Source: an uncultured Chthonomonadaceae bacterium
Lineage (GTDB): Bacteria; Armatimonadota; Chthonomonadetes; Chthonomonadales; Chthonomonadaceae
DNA: 64,000 nt
Direction of reading: 5' to 3'
Assembly: GCA_963835065.1 (NCBI GenBank)
Contig: CAWIEK010000053.1
Span: forward strand, 192,001-256,000
The position numbers and the translations under genes are program-made. Positions 10,280 through 21,242 of the stretch are shown in pieces. Numbering within the stretch: position 1 is the first letter of the stretch; each line of letters begins with the position of its first letter. The notes below the pieces were generated by a model. The model saw only the letters and a program-made list of their open reading frames with translations. It made no database searches and was not told the DNA's origin.

Positions 10280-12898
10280 ATGGACCCGAAAAACTTATCA
10301 AGCATATTAGAAGAAGTGGATTTAAATCAGCATGGACGATCAAGACACATCGGATGACAATGAAGACAATGGATTGGAATCGCGGCAGAACATCCCGGAC
10401 GAGATCAATCTGCTGCCCCTGCGCGAAGTGGTGATGTTTCCCGTCGTGGTCGCGCCGCTGGGCGTGGGGCGGGAAAACAGCATCAAATTGGTCAATGAAA
10501 GCGTTGTCGGGCGGCAACCGGTTGATTGCGGTCGCCTGTATGAAAGACCCGCAGATTGAGAACCCAACGCTGGACGACGTGTATAAAATCGGCAGCGTGG
10601 TGGCGATTCGCATGATGGCGCAGGTTCCCGAAGGAATCCGGCTGATTGTGCAGGGCATACAGCGGTTTGAGATTGTGGAAGCCGTACAGACCACGCCCTA
10701 TTTGCGCGTAAAAATTCGGCTGATTGAGGAACCGGAGATTGCGGAAGAGGATCGGCTGGAAATCGAAGCCCTGCGCCGGCAGATCAGCCAGATGTTCAAC
10801 CGCATCGTGCAGTTGTCGCCCGACCTGCCCGATGAGATGCAGAACGTGCCCAATAATGTGCAGGACGCGGGTACGCTGACGGATCTTGATCGCGCAGCAG
10901 ATGCCCCGCCTGACGTTCGAGGAGCGGCAGGAGATACTGGAACTCATTGAAATCAAGCCGCGCATGACGCGCCTGATGGAACTGCTCGGACGCGAAGTGC
11001 AGGTTTTGGAATTGGGCAACCGGCTGCAATCCGAAGTGGCGCAGGAGTTGGGCAAAACGCAGCGCGACTACTATTTGCGCGAACAGATACGCCAGATTCA
11101 GAAGGAATTGGGCGAGGGCGATGACCGGACGCAGGAGATAGACGAACTGCGCGAAAAAATCGCCGCGTCGGGCATGACCGAAGAAGCCCGCAAGGAAGCC
11201 GACCGCGAACTCGACCGGTTGGGGCGGATGAACCCGGCTGCGCCCGAATACAACGTCACGCGCACCTATCTGGACTGGATGGTGCAGATGCCCTGGACGA
11301 CGGCGAGCGAGGACAATCTGGATATTGCGGCGGTGAAGGAAGTTCTGGACGCCGACCATTACGGTTTGGAGAAGATCAAAGACCGAATTTTGGAATACCT
11401 GTCTGTGCGCAAGTTCAAGGCGGACGGCACGGCGCGGCAGCCGATTCTGTGCTTTTCCGGCCCTCCCGGCGTGGGCAAAACCAGTCTGGGCAAGTCCGTC
11501 GCCAAAGCGATGGGGCGCAAGTTCGTCCGCATGTCGCTTGGCGGCGTTCGGGACGAGGCGGAAATACGGGGACATCGGCGCACGTACATCGGGGCGCTTC
11601 CCGGCCAGTTCATACAGGGCATCAAGCGGGCGGAAACCAATAACCCGGTCTTCCTGCTGGACGAGATTGACAAGGTGCAGGCCGATTTCCGGGGCGACCC
11701 ATCGGGCGCGTTACTGGAAGCGCTCGACCCGGAGCAGAACAACTCGTTCCGCGATCACTATCTGGACGTGCCGTTCGACCTGAGCAAAGTGCTGTTCATT
11801 ACGACTGCGAACGTGCTGGATACCATTCTGCCGCCCCTGCGCGACCGCATGGAGATCATCGAACTGGCGGGCTATACGGAAGAAGAAAAGGTTGCCATTG
11901 CCGAAAAGCACCTGATTCCCAAGCAGGCCGGGGAACACGGCATTGAGGAGAAGATCACGTTCACGTCGCTTGCGGTGCAATTGATTGTGCGCGGGTACAC
12001 CAAAGAAGCGGGCGTTCGCAATCTGGAGCGCGAAATCGCCACCGTGTGCCGCAAAGCGACGCGCGCGTTTGCCGAAAGCAAGTTCGAGACACTGGACGTG
12101 ACGGAAGCGGTTGTGATGGAGTATCTGGGCGCTCCTCGCTTCGAGCAGGAGGAAGCCATTGAGCGCGTGGAACACGCGGGCGTGGCGACGGGATTGGTGT
12201 GGACGCCGATGGGCGGCGACATCATCTTCATCGAAGCGACGGCCATGCCCAGCCCGTCCAATCGTCCGTCAACGCTGACAATTACGGGGCAGTTGGGGGA
12301 TGTGATGCGCGAGTCGGCGCAGGCCGCCCTCTCGTATGTCCGCGCCCATGCCGTCGAAATCGGCGCTCCGGCGGACTTCTACGAGAAGCACGACATACAT
12401 ATCCACGTCCCGGCGGGCGCGATCCCGAAGGATGGGCCGAGCGCGGGCGTGACGATGACAACGGCGCTTGCGTCCCTGTTCAGCGGGCGACACGCCAAAC
12501 CGCTGCTGGCAATGACGGGCGAGGTCACGCTGTCAGGCAAAGTGCTGCCGATCGGCGGCGTGAAGGAGAAAGCGTTGGGCGCGCGTCGGGCGGGCATCAA
12601 GACCATTCTCGTGCCCGAACGCAACCGCAAGGACGTGATGGAAGACCTGCCCGAAGAAGTCCGCAGTGAACTCGACATCCACTTCATGTCGGAAGTGAAG
12701 GACGTGCTGGAACTGGCGCTGGAACCGAAACCCGGCGCGGCAGTGGGCGAAAAACCGGAAGGCAGCAAAGCGCAAACGCCGCCCAAAAAGGACAAAACTC
12801 GCCGCGCGCCTGCCGTGCCCAAAGTGGTTCCCGAAATGCCCGGCGCAGGCTCTCCGCTTGCATTAGGAGAGAAGTTAGCCGCGAATACACGCGAATAG
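10280..12898 (+). CDS. lon: ATP-dependent Lon protease, with frameshifts near 10325, 10510 and 10890
   Basis: LLPLREVVMFP, GPPGVGKTS, RGHRRTYIGALPG, PKDGPSAG, LPIGGVKEK. Confidence 0.95.
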
Positions 12899-12908
12899 AC
12901 TGCTTGAT

Positions 12909-12946
12909 TGCCCCTCTTTCAACTTGGAAGGAGGGGCATTTTTCTT
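12909..12946 (+). terminator. Intrinsic terminator after lon
   Basis: TGCCCCTC...GAGGGGCA stem followed by a T-run. Confidence 0.65.
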
Positions 12947-13027
12947 GTCTTGCGCTGTGTTCGCAGGACAGAGGACAGGCAGTTATGTCATCTATTATCC
13001 CGTTTTGTAGGGTACACTAAAAACATC

Positions 13028-13228
13028 ATGACACCTTATATCACCCACACACGAGAAGAAGAAACGCTGAAAGCGAAAACGCGCTGGTTCCGCTCTTTGT
13101 CATTGGCAGAGCGCATGGATTACCTCTGTGCTATTACCGATTTGATTTTGGAGAACAACCCAAAGGTACGGGACGCTAAGAATGCTCGACCGACTGCGCA
13201 ACGTGTTCGTATCCTTTCAGCAACATGA
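13028..13228 (+). CDS. Small partner protein typical of nucleotidyltransferase cassettes
   Basis: KTRWFRSLSLAERMD; overlaps the next remnant. Confidence 0.55.
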   Translation: MTPYITHTREEETLKAKTRWFRSLSLAERMDYLCAITDLILENNPKVRDAKNARPTAQRVRILSAT

Positions 13229-13384
13229 GGTACATTATGTTGTTATTGGCGGAATAGCCGCCGTTCTACGCGGCGTACCTCAGTGGCTTCTAAGTGCGCG
13301 GCAAAGCGTCCGAAAGACTTGAATGACGTGCAGGCGCTAAACCTGATGACACAAACAGCAAATGAACACGAACAGGCTGTTTGA
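13182..13384 (+). pseudogene. Nucleotidyltransferase remnant with large internal deletion
   Basis: N-term HEVHYVVIGGIAAVLRGVP joined directly to C-term SKCAAKRPKDLNDVQAL. Confidence 0.6.
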
Positions 13385-13418
13385 TTGTCTCTCCTTGAGA
13401 TGGAATTTGGAGGATATT

Positions 13419-14871
13419 ATGCAAAAGCGGAAAATAAAAAACCACAATACTGATGCTACCAATGTTGGAACGGGTGCAGGAAATGCACATAGCGGACAAA
13501 ACTATGCTGATCATGTCGTGTTTGGTAGCAAGAATGGTCATGGCTTTGCTGCTGAAAAGGCTAACCATCTATTCGATCAGAGTATGGGGAAAGACGCTTC
13601 TATTATTGGAAGCGATAACGTCAAGAATGGCGCTGACCGTCTTGTCAATGGCAAGTTTATACAAAGCAAGTATTGTGCCACAGGTGCTAAATGCGTTAAT
13701 GAGTGTTTTGATGAATTAGGCAACTTTCGTTATTGGCACTCTAACGGAAAGCCGATGCATATCGAAGTTCCGTCTGACCAGTACAACGCATCTGTACGTC
13801 AGATGCAAAAACATATAATAAACGGCAAAGTGCGCGGCATTACTGATCCTGAACAGGCACAAGAAATCATTCTTAAAGGTCAATGCAGCTATAAACAAGC
13901 CTGTTTGATTGCCAAAGCAGGAACTATTGAAGGCTTGACCTATGATGCTGTAAATGGTATCAGACTTGCAGGAACTTCGGCGGGTCTGTCAGCAGCAGTT
14001 ACATTTGCGGTAGTGCTATGGAACGGTGAAGACTTTGAGGCCGCCCTTCATGCCGCGTGTTACTCTGGTTTTAAAGTTGGTGGTGTAGCTTGGGTCACTA
14101 ATCTGATAAGTGTTCAGATTGGTAGAACAGGACTTGAACAAAGTTTACGTACAACAAGTGACTTATTAGTCAGAAAAATTGGTGCTAAACGAGCAAGTCA
14201 GATAGCGAATGCTATCAGGGGCGGAAATCCAATTTATGGTGCTGCAGCAATGAACAATCTGAGTAAGTTGCTGCGAGGCAACATAGTCTCGTCTGTAATC
14301 ACAACTTTAGTGCTGTCAAGTTCTGATCTGTACAAGATGTTTAATGGTCGTATATCAAGGACTACAGTTGACGAAAAATGTTACAACAACTGCTGCTGGT
14401 GTAGCTGGTGGTGCCACTGGATGGCAAGTGGGAGCAACAATAGGTACCTACATTGGTGCTGCTGTACCACTTCCAGTTAATGCATGTAAAATTGTGGGAG
14501 GATTGATTGGGAGTTTAATTGGAGGCAACGTTGCACAAAAAGCGACAATCTGTATTATGGACAGCGTTGTAGATGATGATGCAGTACAAATGCACAAAAT
14601 TCTCATGCGTATATTTTCTGAACAGGTTCAGTTGTACATGCTTGGACAAGGTGAGGTGGATGAATTACTCGCTGAACTCGTTTCTATAGACTTGAAAGCT
14701 AAGTTCCAAGATATGTACTCCTCATCTGACAGAGAATACTTCGCGCTGAAATTAGTTAATCCATATATTGAAATACTGACAAATAAAAGACAGAAGATAC
14801 ATCTTCCTTCTGACGAACAACTTCTTGAGGCAACCAATACATTATTAGCCTTGGTAGATGATCCAGAGTAA
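13419..14871 (+). CDS. Uncharacterised YeeR-like protein (possible nuclease-fold N-terminus, Gly-rich hydrophobic C-terminus); frameshift near 14360
   Basis: GHGFAAEKANHL, DNVKNGADRLVNG..IQSKYC, glycine-zipper helices; low GC. Confidence 0.55.
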
Positions 14872-15134
14872 GTCAGCACTACATACATTTGAACTTTTGG
14901 GAAATGGCACACTCGCTCAACTAACGCATTCTGGAGGGTTGAAGGCGAGAATGAAGTCGCTATGCGGAACGGCAGGACTGATCAAAAATCGTGAGAGGTT
15001 TTTCACTTCGCTAGGCTATAGAGGTTTGTGTTTCTTTCGCTTTTTGGTTTTTGGCATTGTGCAAGAGTTTGTGCTGGTTCGACTAGTGGCGGTTACGGTA
15101 GAATTCGATTTTGCGCAGGAAAGGAGCAATCTAC

Positions 15135-15205
15135 GTGGACGAATGTACAGAACTGGCAGTTGCCGCCTGCCTGCAAAGCGCAGGACATGATGTGATGTTT
15201 GTTTA
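15135..15205 (+). pseudogene. DUF5615 PIN-like toxin fragment
   Basis: VDECTELAVAACLQSAGHDVMFV. Confidence 0.45.
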
Positions 15206-15268
15206 AAACGAAGTCGCAGTAGTGATTGCCGCAACGGTGATTCAGAAAGTCATGATGAGAACCATATT

Positions 15269-15727
15269 ATGATTACCAACGACAAAGACATTGACGAAAT
15301 CGCCATCGAACTCTTCCGCAGGTTCGCTCGCATGGAGTATGCTCTAAAAGCGGCGGGATTTCACAATGGTGAGGGCAAAGCGGAAGCCAATTGGGATAAA
15401 TTCGCAGTTTCAATCAGGGGGCGATTAGAAATCAACCCAAGAATTGCAGACGCTGTCAAATACATGACAGAAAATCCGCCAAAGAACCAAGTCGTTCTTA
15501 ACGGCAATCTCGAATGGCAATCCGCCTCACGTGATGACAGCCAGACACATGAGTTGCTTCTGTGCGTTCGACGTGTGCGGAATAATCTATTTCATGGCGG
15601 TAAGTTCAATGGTCATTGGTTCGAACCAGAACGAAGTGAAATCCTTCTCCGCCATAGTCTGAGTATTTTGGATGCTTGTCTACGAGCATCCCCGGATTTA
15701 GACGAGGCATTCAAAAGTGATAGCTGA
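15269..15727 (+). CDS. HEPN-domain protein (putative RNase)
   Basis: FARMEYALK N-terminal helix and RNNLFHGGK (RxxxxH). Confidence 0.75.
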   Translation: MITNDKDIDEIAIELFRRFARMEYALKAAGFHNGEGKAEANWDKFAVSIRGRLEINPRIADAVKYMTENPPKNQVVLNGNLEWQSASRDDSQTHELLLCVRRVRNNLFHGGKFNGHWFEPERSEILLRHSLSILDACLRASPDLDEAFKSDS

Positions 15728-15797
15728 ACCGCATTTGTAGCGGCCTGACCGCTACAGCCTACGAAACTGTCAATGGTATCAAAACAACAGGAATGGT

Positions 15798-16200
15798 ATG
15801 ACCACGCTTTCAATTAAGACAAAAGTGACTGTGGACGACTTTGTTGAGGCGGCAGAGCAACTCCCCACCGCCGAGTTGGAACAGCTTGCCCGCCGCCTGC
15901 TTCACATTCAGGCGCGTCGGAAAGCGCCCCATCTGTCACAACGAGAAGCGGAACTGCTCGAAGGAATTGCGCAAACCGGCACGTTTGCGCAGCAGGCCAG
16001 ATACCACGACCTGAATACAGCAATTAGAACACCGCCCTCTAACATACGACGAGCAGAACGAATTGCATGAACTCATCGCGCAATCCGAAGCCTGCACCGC
16101 GCAACGCCTTGCCCTGCTGATCGAACTCTCCCAACTGCGCCGCGTTTCCCTTCCTGCCCTGATGAAACAACTGCAAATCAAGGCTCCCGACGTTGTCTGA
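15798..16200 (+). CDS. Putative antitoxin coupled to HNH; frameshift near 16030-16060
   Basis: LSQREAELL...LIELSQLRRVSLPALMKQLQI; overlaps HNH start. Confidence 0.6.
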
Positions 16201-16618
16201 ATACGTGTCGAAAAAACTTCGCGCTGAGATTGCCCGTCGCTCCGGAGGACGCTGTGAATACTGCTGTTCTCCGTCAACATTCAGCATTGATCCTTTTGTT
16301 GCCGAGCATATCCACCCTGTCGCCAAAGGTGGCTTAACCGTTGCCGACAATCTTGCGTATGCGTGTATGGGCTGCAATGGCTATAAGCAGGACAAAACGG
16401 AGGCTTACGACGCCGTAAGTCAAACTGTCGCTGTCCTGTATCATCCGCGTACGCATGTTTGGCACGAGCATTTTGTGTGGAATGAAGAGTTTACGCATCT
16501 TGTTCCGTTGACGGTCATCGGGCGCGTGACGATTGCAGAACTGCAACTCAATCGTGAGGGTGTGCGCAATGTTCGTCTGCTTCTCATTATGGCTGGTCTC
16601 CATCCTCCGCGCCGATAA
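16193..16618 (+). CDS. HNH endonuclease
   Basis: RCEYC, EHIHP..KGG, NLAYACMGCNGYK, YHPR..W.EHF.W. Confidence 0.9.
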   Translation: MSEYVSKKLRAEIARRSGGRCEYCCSPSTFSIDPFVAEHIHPVAKGGLTVADNLAYACMGCNGYKQDKTEAYDAVSQTVAVLYHPRTHVWHEHFVWNEEFTHLVPLTVIGRVTIAELQLNREGVRNVRLLLIMAGLHPPRR

Positions 16619-16667
16619 TGCTGTTCCTCTTTACAGTCGCTTGAAGAGTGACAAGCAATCTCGTTCT

Positions 16668-17009
16668 TTATGAAACGGCGAACTCGGTGAGGTGGCGGAC
16701 TTCGGGCGGGTTGAAGGCGAGAACAATGTCGCTGTGCGGAACGCCCAAATGTACCAATTCACCAGCGATGCCGTGTTTTGTCCAGTCTTCTTCAATCCAG
16801 ATTTTGCCGTTTTTGAGGCGCAGATAGAACAAAGGACGACTAACGCGGGTTTCGCCGCGCCAGCCGACGCTCGTTACCATGTACTGCCCGTGTTCGTCAT
16901 CGGACACAATCTGCAAGTCTACACCCGTATCGGTCGCATCCTCATACCAACTGCGATAGTCTTCCAGCAGGGCATGTATCACCTGCCGGTACTGATTTAT
17001 TCGATCCAT
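16668..17009 (-). CDS. xisI: XisI family protein
   Basis: GKIWIEEDWTKHGIAGELVHLGVPHSDIVLAF. Confidence 0.9.
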   Translation of the reverse strand: MDRINQYRQVIHALLEDYRSWYEDATDTGVDLQIVSDDEHGQYMVTSVGWRGETRVSRPLFYLRLKNGKIWIEEDWTKHGIAGELVHLGVPHSDIVLAFNPPEVRHLTEFAVS

Positions 17010-17413
17010 TCTGAAATCTCCTCGCTGCTGACCCGCACGATGAGCAAGGGCAAGCGGTGCAGTTCCCGCATCCGCTGAAACGCCTTCACTTGCAGCATCT
17101 GGTCATAGATTACACTGCTGATGGCAAGATACAGTTTGCGCGTTGCATCCACATCCGAGAGTATTCCCGCATAAACCATGTACTGCCCCATTGCGTTCTC
17201 AAGATCGTTCATAGGCGATTGCCCGATGAAGCTTTTGATTTCAACGGCAATCTGCTGCCCATTCCGCTCCGCCGCCAGAGGTAACTCCGCTGCCAGATCA
17301 ATCAGAACCTTCTCATCCCCGTACTTGATGATATACGGATCATGCGTGATCGTCCAGCCGTCTTTGACAAGGGCGTGTTTGACAGCTTCATGAATAGTGT
17401 CTTTGCGCGGCAT
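16997..17413 (-). CDS. xisH: XisH family PD-(D/E)XK protein
   Basis: PRKDTIHEAVKHALVKDGWTITHDP, IAVEIKSF, AMGQY. Confidence 0.9.
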   Translation of the reverse strand: MPRKDTIHEAVKHALVKDGWTITHDPYIIKYGDEKVLIDLAAELPLAAERNGQQIAVEIKSFIGQSPMNDLENAMGQYMVYAGILSDVDATRKLYLAISSVIYDQMLQVKAFQRMRELHRLPLLIVRVSSEEISEWIE

Positions 17414-17567
17414 ATATTCTCCTGTACGCAAATTGTACCCGAACGGCAAGGCTGTGAAACAACTTATTTTTGTTGCTGGAATCAGCGTTGCGCGAAAACT
17501 TGTATTGGTTCGCCAAGCAACGGCTATGGTATAATTCGGTTATCCGCAGGAAAGGAGCAATCTATTC

Positions 17568-17786
17568 ATGGCAGCCGAAACTTTGGAGCAGCGCGTGGCG
17601 GCAGTGGAGCAGGAACTCGCTCAACTTAAGCAGCAACTACAAAAGGAAACGCAGCCTGATCCCCTCCCTTGGTGGGAACAGATATTTGGAACCTTTGCCA
17701 ACAGCGAAGCGCACGAAGAAGCCACTCGCTTAGGGCGTGAATACCGCGAATCCTTGCGTCCGAAAGCCGATGAGGAGATGGATTGA
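17568..17786 (+). CDS. Antitoxin upstream of VapC
   Basis: LEQRVAAVEQELAQLK, PWWEQIFGTF, LGREYRES. Confidence 0.7.
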   Translation: MAAETLEQRVAAVEQELAQLKQQLQKETQPDPLPWWEQIFGTFANSEAHEEATRLGREYRESLRPKADEEMD

Positions 17787-18208
17787 TGTATCTCCTTGAC
17801 AGCGATCACATGAGTTTGTTGGAACGCGGCGGGGCGGAAGGCGTGAAAATACGCAGTCGCCTGCGTACCACCGCGCTCGATGATGTCGCAACAACAATTA
17901 TCAGCTATGAAGAGCAGATACGCGGTTGGATGGCGCGGCTTGCCGGCATCACGGAACTGGAAAAGCAGATGAATGACTACTCCGAACTCAAGCGCCTGCT
18001 CAATAACTATTGTCGTATCGCTGTTGTTGAATTTGATGCAAAGGCAATAGCGGAATTCAGGCGTTTGCGACAAGCCAAAATCCGCGTGGGCACGATGGAC
18101 TTGAAAATCGCTGCAATTGCCCTTGCTAACGATGCAACGGTCTTGACGAGAAACACGCAGGATTTCTCTCGTGTGCCCAACCTCAAATTTGAGGATTGGT
18201 CTGTCTGA
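17783..18208 (+). CDS. PIN-domain VapC toxin
   Basis: YLLDSD, SYEE, MDLKIAAIAL, LTRNTQDF. Confidence 0.9.
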   Translation: MMYLLDSDHMSLLERGGAEGVKIRSRLRTTALDDVATTIISYEEQIRGWMARLAGITELEKQMNDYSELKRLLNNYCRIAVVEFDAKAIAEFRRLRQAKIRVGTMDLKIAAIALANDATVLTRNTQDFSRVPNLKFEDWSV

Positions 18209-18261
18209 CAGTGCCGAACCTCATTCAAAAGTTCCATTCATGTACTTTGGGAGAACGTTAG

Positions 18262-18468
18262 ATGAGCGGTGATTCATTGATGGGGCGTATTGTCAGCAGC
18301 CCTGAAGTGATGGCAGGCAAGCCCGTCATCAAGGGTACGCGCCTGACCGTAGAGTACATTTTGAACCTTCTGGCGCATGGAGCCTCGAAACAGGAAATCC
18401 TCAGCGAGTACGTGGGACTGACTCCAGAAGATATTCGCGCCTGTTACCTGTTTGCTGATAAGGCGTAA
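18262..18468 (+). CDS. DUF433 family antitoxin
   Basis: PEVMAGKPVIKGTRLTVE, LTPEDIRAC. Confidence 0.88.
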   Translation: MSGDSLMGRIVSSPEVMAGKPVIKGTRLTVEYILNLLAHGASKQEILSEYVGLTPEDIRACYLFADKA

Positions 18469-18513
18469 CGTATTTCGCCCTATGCAGTTGTGTTATAATG
18501 AAGGCGGAGGAAA

Positions 18514-18729
18514 ATGAACATGGACGAGAACGTTCTGACACAATCCGGTTTCAATCCGACGGTTGAAGAAACGGAGACGCTGGAAAACTACCTTGCCGAA
18601 ATGCCGCGCCTGCACATCCTCATGGATGCCGATCAAGAAGAGATTGAGCGTCTCAGAGCCGATAACCGCGACCTGAAAGCGGAAACACGCGCCATGTTGA
18701 CCACTCTGAAGGCAATGGTGCTGACATGA
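18514..18729 (+). CDS. Small coiled-coil hypothetical protein
   Basis: TATAAT and GGAGG upstream; intact 71-aa ORF. Confidence 0.55.
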   Translation: MNMDENVLTQSGFNPTVEETETLENYLAEMPRLHILMDADQEEIERLRADNRDLKAETRAMLTTLKAMVLT

Positions 18730-18829
18730 TGAAGCCGGTGCTTGACTTTGCGAAACAGATTGTCTCGCTGACAAACGATGTGAAGCAGTGCAAAGCCGAC
18801 ATCCTGAAATTGGAACAGGGACAAAAAGA

Positions 18830-19575
18830 GATAGCCGCCGGACTATATCGCCGCAGTTCAGGAACGTTGCCGCATTGTTTCCACTGAGCGTATTGTCTAC
18901 CCGGACGCGCTAATCCGGCACGAACAGCCTGCGCAGACGAGTAGCGGCGTGGTGACGGCTACGCTTCTGCGCGAATCGGCGGAAGGACAAGCCGACGCGC
19001 CTCTGATTTTCGAAGCCTTGCCTTTTGAACCGCGCGAAACCTACATTGATATTTTGCTTGCCGGGATGCCGCAACGGATCATAACGAGTATTGAACTGCT
19101 CAGTCCTGACAACAAGCGGGGTGGGAAAGTCAGGAAGCGTATCTGGCGAAAAGCGTGAAACGCTTGTCAGCCGAACGCATCTGGTCGAAATAGACTTGCT
19201 GCGCGCCGGGACGCCGACTGTCGCCGTAACGCGCGTGGGAACACCGGACACGCTGCGCTGTGATTATATGATTTGCCTGCACCGCGCCGAGACAGGCAGC
19301 GTTTCGAGGTCTGGCCTGTAATGATACAGCAAACTTTACCCCGGATCTCCATTCCCTTGCAGGGAACAGACTCCGACATAACATTAGACTTGCAGCCTTT
19401 GTTGAATTACTGCTATGACGTGGGGCACTTCGGAAGGCAAATTGATTACACACAGGAACCGAGTCCGGCATTAACCGGCGACAATGCGCTCTGGGCCAAT
19501 GCCCTGTTGCGCGAACAAAGCCTCCGTAGAGTTCAACGCTGTTGCGTAAGCAAGCGCGGCATTAAAGACTGTTAA
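18830..19575 (+). pseudogene. DUF4058-like protein, fragmented
   Basis: ITSIELLSPDNK, THLVEIDLLRAG, LPRISIPL..D.DITLDLQ, IDY.QEP.PAL in several frames. Confidence 0.7.
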
Positions 19576-19636
19576 TTGAGTTGAAGCAACCGGATTACCT
19601 CACGAACAGCCGCAAACATCTTTTTGGACGACTCTA

Positions 19637-19665
19637 TTGACGTCATGTGTAGCCTGTGTTATACT
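19637..19665 (+). promoter_or_regulatory. Sigma70-type promoter
   Basis: TTGACG-N17-TATACT. Confidence 0.55.
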
Positions 19666-19910
19666 GGTCGAAATTAAGCGTTAATGTCCATAACGATCAA
19701 CGGGTCTGCCGTTATTACAGTTTGTAGATGCGGCATTTGCCGTTTATTATCCTGATTATACCTACAAAGCGTCGGTATAATCATTAGTTGGGCTGGCGGG
19801 TTTGAAGGGTGTTCGTTGGTTTGGCGGGCAGGTATCGGATTCACTGAGGCGAATATTCCAGAACGCAGGGTTTCTCGGTTCTGGCGTACTTTATTTTGGG
19901 AGAGGACGTA

Positions 19911-20447
19911 ATGAAAGCAATCCGTGCGCTGACAATCGGTTTTGCGCTGGTGTGCCAGATTTATGGGATACTTGTCGGATTGTCCATCTTGTGGAGAGGA
20001 ATACAGATCCTTTTGGGCCATCAAACGACCGTCTATGTAGCAGGCTCTCCATACGCGCTGCCGCTCACTCACTTTAATCCAGGGCTTGGCTATTTCTGCT
20101 TCGGGTGGGGTCTGACGTACTCAGTCTTCAAGAACGCCTCTCAGAGAAAGGGCGGATTTACCGCGTTCTGCGCTGCATTATTTGGCTTGGCAAACATAGT
20201 CGTCGGTGCAGCAGATCTGCTGGGATGGGGAATCGGATTTTACTGGTCGGCACCGGGTTTTCCAGGTTTTTGCTACGCCATGCTCCTGGGTGGTTGGGTG
20301 TTTGGGATCACCATGGGAGCAATACCGCTTACTGTTTCATCCATAACGGAGCGCGAAAAGCCCACGTATAAGCCCATGTATGATGATGGCGGTATTGCCA
20401 TGCATGATGATGGCGGTGATGATGGCGGTATTGGGAGATTTGACTGA
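19911..20447 (+). CDS. Four-TM membrane protein of unknown function
   Basis: GAGGA RBS; four hydrophobic segments; acidic Gly/Asp tail. Confidence 0.65.
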   Translation: MKAIRALTIGFALVCQIYGILVGLSILWRGIQILLGHQTTVYVAGSPYALPLTHFNPGLGYFCFGWGLTYSVFKNASQRKGGFTAFCAALFGLANIVVGAADLLGWGIGFYWSAPGFPGFCYAMLLGGWVFGITMGAIPLTVSSITEREKPTYKPMYDDGGIAMHDDGGDDGGIGRFD

Positions 20448-20686
20448 CGAACCTGGCCCATCCGTGCGCCGCAGCCGACGCCGTGGGTCGCCATCGCTTT
20501 TCCAAGCCCTTTTGCTCGGCGTGGCTGATCTTGTTACGTTGGGCAGCGTTGAAAGTCGAAGCCGGGGCAGGTTGACGAGGGGGTTTGTCTGGACGAAGCA
20601 CGAAGCAAACTATCAGGCGATAGCCCGCGCAAAGCCGCACAAACAGCGTGGCATCACCGGCTTTCCAATGCGGCTTTCCAGTGCCC

Positions 20687-20777
20687 ACCCAACAAAGTGC
20701 TGCACCGGACGCGCCAGCCGTCGGTTCCGCCTGGCGAAGGTCCGCTGTTTGCGCGCCGGTCAGTTTGATTGTTCGAC
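20687..20777 (+). mobile_element. Integron attC-like recombination site
   Basis: R'' ACCCAAC; CTG[C]ACCGG[A]CGCGC pairs with GCGCGCCGGTCAG leaving two unpaired bases; R' GTTCGAC. Confidence 0.7.
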
Positions 20778-20951
20778 GGCAGAAACTTAATGCCTCTCAG
20801 CAGGCTAAGATAGTGGTTGAGGGGCAGAGCGCATACGGTGTTGGCACTCTGTTGTCTCTTGTCCGCCGCCTGCTTCAAATTAAATACACGCACGTGATCG
20901 TTTTACCAGAATCGAATCTCGTACTTTTCGACACTGTTTAGGAACAAGCCT

Positions 20952-21242
20952 ATGATTACTATAACCCTGCCGCCGGAGTTGGAACAGGCATTTTCTGAGC
21001 AGGCCGAGCAGCAAGGCACGACGCCGGAACTGCTGGCGCTGGATGTGCTGTATAAATGGGGAGCGTGTGCCTCCTTTCCCGCCGAACTGCCACAGGGCGC
21101 AACGCTTGCTGACGCGCTTGCCGATTATATCGGAGCGGTCAGCACCAGAGACAAATATCCAACAGGCTCTACACTGTCAGAGAATACAGGGCGTAAATTC
21201 GCAGCGGGCATGATGAAGAAGCATCAGGCAGGCAAATTGTGA
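20952..21242 (+). CDS. Putative antitoxin
   Basis: ITITLPPELEQA...LSENTGRKFA; overlaps PIN start. Confidence 0.65.
   Translation: MITITLPPELEQAFSEQAEQQGTTPELLALDVLYKWGACASFPAELPQGATLADALADYIGAVSTRDKYPTGSTLSENTGRKFAAGMMKKHQAGKL

Noticed and set aside
10280..12898. Frameshifts in lon, rimO, the DUF1553 gene and others as programmed recoding or real pseudogenes
   Set aside because: Scattered single-base indels without slippery motifs in otherwise conserved genes are best explained by long-read assembly error; needs read-level checking.
16668..17413. xisH/xisI as marking an excisable element
   Set aside because: No XisF-like recombinase or interrupted host gene nearby; the pair commonly occurs as a standalone TA-like module.
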